Assembly (NCBI GenBank): GCA_964647855.1
Contig: CAZYJW010000002.1
Coordinates: forward strand, 4,720-68,719
DNA from: Candidatus Micrarchaeota archaeon
Lineage (GTDB): Archaea; Micrarchaeota; Micrarchaeia; Anstonellales; Bilamarchaeaceae
Direction of reading: 5' to 3'
DNA: 64,000 bases
Part shown: in pieces, positions 28,656 to 36,145 of the stretch
How positions within the stretch are numbered: the first letter of the stretch is position 1
Layout of the letters: each line of letters opens with the position of its first letter
The notes under the pieces: generated by a model
The model's input: only the letters and a program-made list of their open reading frames with translations
Databases searched by the model: none
What the model was told of the DNA's origin: nothing
Position numbers and translations under genes: made by a program

Positions 28656-28945
28656 CTTCCCGCAGCCTCCGCAAGCCTGGCGATATCATCCGCCGTCGCG
28701 CCGATTAGCTGCGCCCCCCCTAGGGCCTCCAAAACGCGCTTATGGGCCTCCGCCCTGTCCACCGGGGCGCTCAGGCCGAGCAGGGATGATTCGGCCAAAT
28801 CCAGCGCCTCCTCGGGATGAAGGAAGAAATCGCCCGAAATCTGCGCGGATGCCACCCTGCCGCCAATTACGGATATGTCGACGCAAAGCATCTTGCCGCC
28901 AGCTATCTTCTCCTCGGCCTTCACGTCCCTACTCCTCAGGGGCAT
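28652..28945 (-). CDS. lplB: lipoate-protein ligase C-terminal-domain protein (LplB-like)
   Basis: 97 aa with an ISGDFFLHPEE motif, as in the accessory domain of LplA. 4-nt overlap with lplA. Confidence 0.7.
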   Translation of the reverse strand: MPLRSRDVKAEEKIAGGKMLCVDISVIGGRVASAQISGDFFLHPEEALDLAESSLLGLSAPVDRAEAHKRVLEALGGAQLIGATADDIARLAEAAGR

Positions 28946-28948
28946 AAT

Positions 28949-30208
28949 TTAATCCTGACGCCCGGCGGGCAGCCTGAGGGCGCCCAGGAAGGATTTCGGC
29001 GGTATGAGGGCGCCGCCCACCATCACGAAGAGGGCCATCGAGGTGGCGAGCGTGTAGAAGAGAGGCGCGTATCCGAATGCGGATATCACCATGCCACCGA
29101 AGAAAAGGAACAGGAACTCGGCCGCCTTGAGGGGGGCGTAGAGGACGCCGATGTCGGCCGAAACATCCCTGCTTCGGAAGACGACATCGACAAGGATGTA
29201 TTCGCCGACGATATTGCCGCAGCCGAACGCGATGGCAACGAGCGCGAGCAGCGGGAGGCCTTCGGCGCCAAGGAGCGGGATGAGCACGAGTGCGGGCACG
29301 CTGAACAGCATCATCAGCATCAGAGTCCGGTTGGAAAGCCCCAACCGGACGAAAATGAGCGCGAAAGCCGCGCTGGCGAGGGAAATGAGGGCGAGTATGA
29401 GGCCGACCTGCTCGTAGGGGAGCCTCAGCGAGGATATCAGGTAGAGGGGGATAAGGAAGCCCCCCAGCATGTTGTAGGGAAGCCACACGAGGAGCTGCAG
29501 GAGCGAGTTGTGCCAGAAACGGCCCGTGTGGCGCTTGAATATGTGCGAGAAGGTGCTCCTGCCCACGCGGAAGCCGAGCGCCCCGTCGCCGTTGGAGGAG
29601 ACTATGAGCGCAAGCAGGCCGAGCGAGAGCGCGAGCATGACCGCAAGGGCCCCCCCGAAGGCGAGATATGCGATGATGAATCCGGCCGCCACCCTCCCCA
29701 GCCCGTCCGCAAGCTGGCGCAGGTTCGAGAAGCGCGCCAGGATGGGGCCGACCTCCCCTATTCCGGCAGTGGAAAGGACGTCGGTGCGCGCTATCGCCCA
29801 GAAGCCGGCGGTCCGCACGCCCTCGAGGAGCGTTGCCGCGACGAAGCCGAACGGGGTGACGAAGAGGAGGTATAGCTCGATGGCTATGAGGTTCGCGATG
29901 CCGTAGAGCACCGAAATCGCCTTGGTCCCGATGTCGTCGGCCACGCCAGCGAAGAAAATGCGTATCAGCGTGAATGAGAGGGGGCCCAGAGAGAGGATGA
30001 GGCCTATGTGCGCTATATCGACCTGGCGGTCGACCAGATAGAGCGGGACCACGACCGCCATGCCTGACACTATGAAGGTGTAAAGCATATGGACCGCGAG
30101 AAGGCGGCCGAAGCCGTCCTCCGTCTTCTGGGGGGATTGTTCCATCTGTCCGACCTGCCCCGCCTGGATAGGCTTGGGCGGATGATTGTCGCAAGACAGA
30201 TATGGCAT
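28949..30208 (-). CDS. MFS transporter
   Basis: ~12 TM segments with a GVADDIGTK-type loop motif between TM2 and TM3. The start may instead be the internal ATG near 30145. Confidence 0.8.
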   Translation of the reverse strand: MPYLSCDNHPPKPIQAGQVGQMEQSPQKTEDGFGRLLAVHMLYTFIVSGMAVVVPLYLVDRQVDIAHIGLILSLGPLSFTLIRIFFAGVADDIGTKAISVLYGIANLIAIELYLLFVTPFGFVAATLLEGVRTAGFWAIARTDVLSTAGIGEVGPILARFSNLRQLADGLGRVAAGFIIAYLAFGGALAVMLALSLGLLALIVSSNGDGALGFRVGRSTFSHIFKRHTGRFWHNSLLQLLVWLPYNMLGGFLIPLYLISSLRLPYEQVGLILALISLASAAFALIFVRLGLSNRTLMLMMLFSVPALVLIPLLGAEGLPLLALVAIAFGCGNIVGEYILVDVVFRSRDVSADIGVLYAPLKAAEFLFLFFGGMVISAFGYAPLFYTLATSMALFVMVGGALIPPKSFLGALRLPAGRQD

Positions 30209-30267
30209 CCGGGGATTTTAATCGTTGCTGTGGATATCCATGCGTGGAGAGCGTCAGCATCTCTGGC

Positions 30268-31038
30268 ATGCGTTATGAAATCCGCGTCGTGCAAACCGGC
30301 AACCGGACCGCGAGCGCAAGGCTCAGGAACGGCTGCATCGTAATAGGCATCCCTTCGCGCTGGCCAGAGCATGAGAGGCGGAGGGCGAGGGCCAGCCTGC
30401 TCGCGAGGGCTGTTCGCGCCATCGAAACGGGAAGGTGGGCGGGAGAGCCCTCAAAGGTCATGTTTTCGCACGGGCAGAGGCTGGTGGCGCTCGGGATGGC
30501 CTTCGAGATATCGTTCATACCCTCGGCACGGTTCCGCACGAGGGCGGCGGGGGGGCGGATAGAGGTGTCCGTGGATGAAAACCGCCCGGGAGCGCGGGAG
30601 AAGGCTTCCCGGCTCGCCGGCAGGAGAATCATTAGGGCGTGCATGCCCGCGCTGCGTGCGCGCGTGGATGCGATAAACGCGCGCCATTTCTCAGCCTCCG
30701 TTCCGAGAGTCACCCTGAGGGACAACACAAGCCGCTGGGGCAGCTGCTCGGCGGACGGCTCGATAAGCCTCAGTCTGAGGCTGCTGTTCATGCCCGAAGG
30801 CATACTCGACTACGTGATAGTGCACGAGCTCGCCCATACCAGGTATAAAAGCCACGGCCCGAGGTTCTGGGCCCTCGTGGAAAGGGTGCTCCCGGACCAC
30901 AGGGAAAGGCGGAGATGGCTGAGAGAGAACGGATGGTCGGTGCCCGGCGGCGAAGGGGGCGCTGGAGGCCCCAGGCCGGCGAAGGGGATGCAAAACGGCC
31001 CCGAGGGCCGCGCAGATTGCTTCGATGAGCCGTATTAG
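30268..31038 (+). CDS. YgjP/DUF45-family metal-dependent hydrolase (HExxH)
   Basis: C-terminal VIVHELAHTRYKSHGPRFWALV motif. ATG 30268 is preferred over the 30202 extension. Confidence 0.75.
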   Translation: MRYEIRVVQTGNRTASARLRNGCIVIGIPSRWPEHERRRARASLLARAVRAIETGRWAGEPSKVMFSHGQRLVALGMAFEISFIPSARFRTRAAGGRIEVSVDENRPGAREKASRLAGRRIIRACMPALRARVDAINARHFSASVPRVTLRDNTSRWGSCSADGSISLSLRLLFMPEGILDYVIVHELAHTRYKSHGPRFWALVERVLPDHRERRRWLRENGWSVPGGEGGAGGPRPAKGMQNGPEGRADCFDEPY

Positions 31039-31056
31039 GGGCATTGGAGCCGGGGA

Positions 31057-31470
31057 CTATTCTCCTATGACCTTGACGAGCACCCTTTTCCCCCTTCGCC
31101 CGTCGAACTCGAAATAGAATATCTGCTCCCAGGGCCCCAGATCGAGCTTTCCGTTCGTTATTGCCATGACGGCCTGGTGCCCCATGAACTGGCGCCAGAT
31201 ATGCGCTGCCGCATTGTCCTCCCCCGTGTCGTTGTGCCGGTAGTCCGCGTTGTACGGGATCAGCTTTTCGAGGATGTGGATATAGTCCTGGTGAAGCCCC
31301 GCCTCGTTGTCGTTTACAACAACCGCCGCGGTTATGTGCATCGGGTTCACGAGCACGAGCCCTTCCCTGACGCCGCTCTCCTTCACGATTTCAGCCACCT
31401 TGTCCGTGATGCGAACTATCTGGATTTTCTTGTCTGTCTTGAGGGTGATATGCCCCGTCTTGGACTTCAT
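31057..31470 (-). CDS. YjbQ/UPF0047 family protein (secondary thiamine-phosphate synthase-like)
   Basis: 137 aa with [18 protein letters not shown] and [14 protein letters not shown] motifs. Confidence 0.8.
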   Translation of the reverse strand: MKSKTGHITLKTDKKIQIVRITDKVAEIVKESGVREGLVLVNPMHITAAVVVNDNEAGLHQDYIHILEKLIPYNADYRHNDTGEDNAAAHIWRQFMGHQAVMAITNGKLDLGPWEQIFYFEFDGRRGKRVLVKVIGE

Positions 31471-31474
31471 GCGA

Positions 31475-33115
31475 TCACTTTTCCGCCGGATACACCAGGG
31501 TGCGCATCAGCAGGGCGGCTCTGGAGAAATGCTTGCGGGCATTTATTAAGTCTTTCCCCAGGAAAGCCTCCACCGCAGGCGCGAGCTCCGCCAGGACCGG
31601 GGCGAGGTAGGGTTCCGGCATCTTGGAAATCTCGGCAAGGATGAAATCCGGCTTGTTCGAGGAAAGGAAGAGCTTGAGCTCGGATAGCTTTCCCGCCGCC
31701 ATGCCGAGGCGGCCCTCCTTGATATGCCGGTGCAGCCATCCATAGTCGCCCCGGAGAACCGTGGGCTTTTTTCCGTCCCGCGTTTCGTAGAGGGCGGCCG
31801 CGTTGGCCCAGATGCACCGCATGGCCTCCGTGCGCTTGGAATCGTATGCCTTTTTCATTTCGGCCAGCTCGGCTGACGCCTTCGCCGCCCGCGACCTGCG
31901 CGCCTCAAGCGACTTCACAGCCTTCAATAGCGTCGAGCGCGCCTCCGGGTCCGAACCCGGCAGGCGCATCGCCTCCGCCTTCGCGGATTCGAGCCATCTG
32001 TGCGCCTCTTCGAGGGCCATCTCCTCTTCGCGGCTCCTCATCCGCCTGCGTTCAAGCCTGCGGACCAGCTTCAGCGCGCCGCTGCGGGCCTTCTTGTCGA
32101 ACCAGGGGCAGCGCGACACTTCCGCGCGCATGGCTTCGATCGCGGATTTTTTCTCTGACAGTGCGCGTTCGTCATCATCGGACCAGGTGCTGGCACGCCC
32201 GAGCGCGCGCATGCGCATCGCGAACGGCCGGGCCTCTGCCAGAAGCCTTTCGACGCTTTCCAGAACCTCCATCTTCCTCCTGTCGATTTCCGAGAATTTC
32301 GCCGCTGCCTCCGTGGCGTTCGCGAAGCGTGTCAGCTGCGAGAATAGCCATTTGTCCCGCTCGAGCCGCAGGGATGCGGCACGGGCCCGCGCCTTGGAAG
32401 ACGCCCTAGCAACGGCCCGGTCCCGCCATTCCGAAAGGCGCCGATCGGCCGAATCCAGGACAGCACACGCCGAACCCAGCATGAAGCCTCTCCGGGCCCG
32501 CGGGGATTCGAGAATGGATTCGAATTTTGAAATCGCCTGCTCAAGCCTGCCGCAGCTGATGATGCTTTTCACCGCGCTCCTCTTCCTTCCCAGTTCCGCC
32601 TTAAGCCCCTTCAGGGCGCTTATCGCAGCGCGAATCTCTTCGTCCGAGGCTTCCTGCCCCCGGGCGTACATTGCCAGCTTCATCTCCATTATCCGGACCA
32701 TCGGGGAGAGTTCCCTGTCGATGCGCTCTCCCGCCTCCCTTTCATAGCCCTCCTGTATGTGGATAAGTTCCCGGACGGCGGTTATGATGTGGTTTTCCGT
32801 CATCACGAGCTTCTCCGGCACCGTTCCGTCCCGCGCCTTCGCCTCCACGTCCCGCCACCCCATCTCCCTAAGCGATTTCCGGTCCTCGCGTCGGAACGAC
32901 ATCTGCACGCGCCAGCCCCTAACGCGCATCCCGAGTGCGTGGGGTGGCAGCGTCTTCTCTGGGCGGCATTCGCGGTCCTTCCCGAGCATGGCCGCGCCGC
33001 TTGAGTCTGCGAAGCTTTCGAAGCGATCCTTGGCGAGAGCCATCTGTGAGACGCGGTTCCTCTCTGAGCGGTCTATAGATTCCTGGATGCGCGGGGGGTT
33101 CCTCAGGGTGGACAT
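31475..33115 (-). CDS. hypothetical 546-aa Arg/Glu/Ala-rich helical protein with internal repeat
   Basis: Long ORF with no recognisable motif. Internal ~36-aa duplication: [31 protein letters not shown] versus [31 protein letters not shown]. Its stop is 4 nt from the yjbQ start. Confidence 0.65.
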   Translation of the reverse strand: MSTLRNPPRIQESIDRSERNRVSQMALAKDRFESFADSSGAAMLGKDRECRPEKTLPPHALGMRVRGWRVQMSFRREDRKSLREMGWRDVEAKARDGTVPEKLVMTENHIITAVRELIHIQEGYEREAGERIDRELSPMVRIMEMKLAMYARGQEASDEEIRAAISALKGLKAELGRKRSAVKSIISCGRLEQAISKFESILESPRARRGFMLGSACAVLDSADRRLSEWRDRAVARASSKARARAASLRLERDKWLFSQLTRFANATEAAAKFSEIDRRKMEVLESVERLLAEARPFAMRMRALGRASTWSDDDERALSEKKSAIEAMRAEVSRCPWFDKKARSGALKLVRRLERRRMRSREEEMALEEAHRWLESAKAEAMRLPGSDPEARSTLLKAVKSLEARRSRAAKASAELAEMKKAYDSKRTEAMRCIWANAAALYETRDGKKPTVLRGDYGWLHRHIKEGRLGMAAGKLSELKLFLSSNKPDFILAEISKMPEPYLAPVLAELAPAVEAFLGKDLINARKHFSRAALLMRTLVYPAEK

Positions 33116-33524
33116 GGGAACCGATTTGCCTGTTTATAGTTATAAATATTGGTATTGGGTAGTTAAATTTCCTTTTAATCTGAAGCGTTCCGGCAGCCCA
33201 CATTTTTTTGATGACTTTCGCTGAATATCAACATTATTGGCGCAAAAAAATATATATAACCATTAAATCACCGGTATCTGCTGGGGGGATGGATGGGCGG
33301 GCATGACGGGGATCTTATGATAGTTTTGAGAAAGAAACTATCCCCACACCTTGACAAGGTCTCCGTCCTGCTCGCCCGCCTCCCCGCTTTCCGGAAGGCG
33401 CGCGTGGAGTTGGAGCCCGAGGAAAGGCTGGCGGTCTATATTCGCCTTAGGGAGATGAGGCGGAAGATGGGGCTCGAAGGCGACGGCTTCGTAATGGACG
33501 AGGGCGAAAACGGAGGGTTTGTCG

Positions 33525-33761
33525 ATGAGGGGGCAACTATCGGCGGAGATGCTGATAATGATAGTGGTGATTTTGGCGATAGTCGGGATTGCTGCGACGC
33601 AGCTCACCGGGGCCGCGAAGGAGGCGGGGAAGGGGATAAGCAACCAGTCGGAGAGGATAAGCGGCATGATGGCGCAGGCGGTTAAAGGCGAGCGCGGGGA
33701 GTACTGCATATACGACGAGGACTGCATAGACGGAAGATGCCAAGGCCACCGCTGCTCCTGA
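33525..33761 (+). CDS. class III signal peptide (type IV pilin-like) protein with Cys-rich C-terminus
   Basis: MRG^QLSAEMLIMIVVILAIVGIAA matches the archaeal prepilin pattern: short basic leader, G/Q cleavage site, Glu at +5, hydrophobic helix. C-terminal CIYDEDCIDGRCQGHRC. Confidence 0.7.
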   Translation: MRGQLSAEMLIMIVVILAIVGIAATQLTGAAKEAGKGISNQSERISGMMAQAVKGERGEYCIYDEDCIDGRCQGHRCS

Positions 33762-34077
33762 GAGCATGGCTGGGCCTGCAGGATGAAAAATGCACCCGGG
33801 CCGAAGCACGCCATTTTCCGGCGCACTCCGAATCCCGTCTGGGTCCGGGGAAGGCATAACGCACCGCCGATGAAAGCGGAACATCAACGCCCAAAAGGCC
33901 GGCAGCCACAACCAGGCACGCGGTGACGGGGCGAGCCCTCAGGGGGAAAAGCCCTCAGTCAGAACCGTTGCAACCCGAAACAGGCCGCAGCCACACCCGA
34001 ACTCCCCCAGGTGCGTAATATATTGCGGTTTTTTCATTTATAAATGTTGGTCGGGAATGTTTGACACGCGTCTAACA

Positions 34078-34674
34078 TTAGACGGACGCCGAAATGCCCT
34101 CTACGACGAGAATGACAATCATGCAGAGGATTCCCGCCCCCAAGAAGCGTATCCCGCTAACAAAGAGGCTTTCGCGGGATATGCTGCCTACATATGTCCC
34201 TAGAAGGAAAAAGACCGACAGGGCCATCGCGAATGATGCGTAATATGCCTCGGGAAGGGGAAGAAAGAAGAATGGCGATAGCAGGATAGACGCCGCGGCA
34301 AGGGGAGAGGCACCGTTGACTATGCCTGTAATGAGCGTCGCGAATTCGTATGCCTTCTTGTAGTCCGTATCATCAAGGCGCCGGTGCAGGGCGCGTTCCA
34401 TCACGCGTATCTCCCGCACCCGCTCGGCTCTTTCGGTCATGAACGCGCCGGTCAATCCTGAAAAGGCGATTGCTATCGCAGTGCCTATGCCTATATGGAT
34501 GATGAGCCATGGGTCTTCAACACCCGATGCGAACGAGCCGAGGAGAAGACCGAAGAGGGTAAGGAAGCCGTCGAACGAGTTCATCACGAAGTAGCGCCTC
34601 GTGATCTTGCTCATGCCCGTGACGGTGTCGTAGTACCGAAGCCTTTCGGCGTGCTTCCTGAAAATGCCGAGCAT
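34078..34674 (-). CDS. VIT1/CCC1-family (COG1814) membrane protein
   Basis: NSFDGFLTLFGLLLGS and AFSGLTGAFMTERAE patterns with 5 TM segments. Directly follows the DUF211 gene. Confidence 0.6.
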   Translation of the reverse strand: MLGIFRKHAERLRYYDTVTGMSKITRRYFVMNSFDGFLTLFGLLLGSFASGVEDPWLIIHIGIGTAIAIAFSGLTGAFMTERAERVREIRVMERALHRRLDDTDYKKAYEFATLITGIVNGASPLAAASILLSPFFFLPLPEAYYASFAMALSVFFLLGTYVGSISRESLFVSGIRFLGAGILCMIVILVVEGISASV

Positions 34675-34941
34675 CTATCCAACTAACCTCTTTCCGCACG
34701 TTATCCTGTCGATGCCCTGAAGGGAGACGCCGGCCTTGTCTATTATGTTCCTTATTGAGTCGAGGTTTATGTTCTCCCCCTCTATGGTGACCTTCGCCTT
34801 CTCGATGCGGTGCTCGACTTCAGTCACGAGGATGTCGACCCCGTCAACGCCGCTGACCTTGGAGAGCTTGAGCGCGAGCTCGGAGGATGGCACATTGAGG
34901 GGTATCATTATGTCAAGCACGAGCCTTCGGATGGTCGTCAT
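34675..34941 (-). CDS. DUF211 (COG1888) family protein
   Basis: The internal ATG gives MTTIRRLVLDIMIPLNVPSSELALKLSKVSGVDGVDILVTEVE...TIEGENI. The longer track ORF (to 35142) covers a non-coding structured region. Confidence 0.7.
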   Translation of the reverse strand: MTTIRRLVLDIMIPLNVPSSELALKLSKVSGVDGVDILVTEVEHRIEKAKVTIEGENINLDSIRNIIDKAGVSLQGIDRITCGKRLVG

Positions 34942-35228
34942 GGGAATGGATTCTCCGCAAACGGATTTAAAGCTGAGGATTGGGTTGGAAGGATAAGCCG
35001 GGTAAGGGAAGTGCCCTCGCAGGCATCCATTGGATGCCGGGGATTTGAACCCCTCTAATCCGCTTTGTGCTCGTTCATTGCCGTTCCCTTCGGAAAGGCT
35101 CAGAAAAGCGAACTGCAGGCGGGCGCATAGCCGATCTGCCAACCCGGCGTTCCTTCCGGATGCGTAGGGGCAGCGGCGATATCATCGCCGGAATCCCTCC
35201 GCATTCCGGATAGACATAGCCCTGTTGC

Positions 35229-35239
35229 ATTTAAAAAAG
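35229..35239. promoter_or_regulatory. A/T-rich TATA-like element (ATTTAAAAAAG), possibly bidirectional
   Basis: Centred ~32 nt upstream of tRNA-Lys nt 1. The reverse complement CTTTTTTAAAT faces the structured region at 35022-35225. Confidence 0.55.
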
Positions 35240-35264
35240 ATTCGAGGCTAGTCTCACGTATCGG

Positions 35265-35440
35265 GGGCTCATAGCTCAGCTAGACGCGAAGCATCTCCGC
35301 ATTTTGCATGACGCTTCGCATCCTGCAATGGTAGAGCGACGGACTTTTAATTTTGGAAAGGCGATAACCAAAAAGTTTTGGGGCGCTTTCTCCCAAAAGG
35401 CGCGATCCGCAGGTCGGGGGTTCAAATCCCCCTGAGCCCG
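35265..35440 (+). tRNA. tRNA-Lys(UUU) with two introns (D-loop and canonical 37/38)
   Basis: Acceptor GGGCTCA/TGAGCCC. D-stem GCTC...GAGC, interrupted by a ~48-nt insert (35281-35328) that contains the GCGAAGC/GCTTCGC hairpin. Anticodon arm ACGGA-CTTTTA^...^A-TCCGC with a 55-nt intron (35350-35404). T-arm GGGGG-TTCAAAT-CCCCC. Mature length is 73 nt. Confidence 0.85.
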
Positions 35441-35575
35441 TCTTTTCCTTATGTCTTCTGAGGGTAAAAGACGCCAAAACTTCCTGAGGCTACACTCCGT
35501 CTTTTCCTTATGTCTTCTGAGGGTAAAAGACGCCAAAACTTCCTGAGGCTACACTCCGTCTTTTCCTTATGTCTT
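35440..35575. repeat. 59-bp tandem repeat, 2 full copies plus an 18-nt partial copy
   Basis: The unit GTCTTTTCCTTATGTCTTCTGAGGGTAAAAGACGCCAAAACTTCCTGAGGCTACACTCC starts at 35440, 35499 and 35558 (partial). The two full copies are identical. Confidence 0.9.
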
Positions 35576-36145
35576 TACCGGGAATTTCCCGGGGACCGGC
35601 TGGGGAACCGAAGGGATTCTTTCCATTTCCCTGGCCAGATCGACGCAGTGCTCGAAGAGGCGCCCGTTTTTGCGGTAGAATCCGAGCGACATTTCCCGCA
35701 CCCGGCGATTGCAGAGCGCGAGGTTTCCGAAAAGCACCTCGTCGGATGTCATTACAGGGAACCCGAGCGAAAGCGCATCCGCGGCGGATGCCATTACGCA
35801 GAGATGGCGTATCCATCCTGCGAGCACGATGGCGCCGACATCATGCTTCCTCAGTGTGTCCAGGAGGCCGGGCGCGCTAAAAGCGCTCATTTTGCTCTTA
35901 TATGCGGCTATTGCATCCGGGCCCGCGGCTTCCGCGATTTCCGGGAACACCTCGCGGTTGACTGTCCCCGAAACGAGCACGACCGGAACGCCGCATGAGC
36001 GGGCGCGGGACGCCAAAGAGGCCGTGCGGGATATGCCCTCGGACAACGGGCCGTGCTCGTATGAGAACCATTTGCGGTTTGCCTGCTGGAAATCCACGAG
36101 GAGGAGCGCGGGCCTCCGGCCGCCATGATGCCCCGGCGCGCCCAT
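35567..36145 (-). CDS. isochorismatase-family cysteine hydrolase
   Basis: LLLVDFQ (Asp), and VLAGWIRHLCV with the catalytic Cys. Tandem paralog of the next ORF. Confidence 0.75.
   Translation of the reverse strand: MGAPGHHGGRRPALLLVDFQQANRKWFSYEHGPLSEGISRTASLASRARSCGVPVVLVSGTVNREVFPEIAEAAGPDAIAAYKSKMSAFSAPGLLDTLRKHDVGAIVLAGWIRHLCVMASAADALSLGFPVMTSDEVLFGNLALCNRRVREMSLGFYRKNGRLFEHCVDLAREMERIPSVPQPVPGKFPVKT

Noticed and set aside
28817-29875. 352-aa Glu/Arg/Gly-rich ORF on the plus strand.
   Set aside because: It is fully antisense to a well-formed 12-TM MFS transporter gene, and its composition is typical of a shadow ORF.
33841-33930. SRP (7S) RNA helix-8-like strings (GGGTCCGGGGAAGGCA, GGCAGCCACAACCAGGCA). 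A similar TCCGGAAGGAAC occurs at 35136-35147 on the minus strand.
   Set aside because: No GNAR tetraloop closed by a proper stem, the conserved AGCA loop motif is absent, and the available length is too short for an archaeal SRP RNA.
35022-35054. A circularly permuted tRNA gene, because the 3' acceptor-like GCATCCA is followed after 1-3 nt by its exact complement TGGATGC.
   Set aside because: The sequence after TGGATGC (CTGCGAGGGCACTTCCC...) cannot form a D-arm in any register I tried, and it runs into the promoter of the DUF211 gene. It is more simply a 7-bp terminal hairpin. The region is kept as an unexplained finding rather than called as a tRNA.
35276-35536. Two minus-strand ORFs (86 and 65 aa) and the plus-strand ORF 35510-35998, covering tRNA-Lys and the 59-bp repeats.
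   Set aside because: They read through a tRNA gene and its introns, or start inside identical tandem repeat copies. The repeated MASFTLRRHKEKT peptide is a by-product of the DNA repeat.
35440-35575. A possible CRISPR array.
   Set aside because: The copies are directly adjacent with no spacers. There are only 2.3 units, the 59-bp unit is too long, and no cas genes are in the window.
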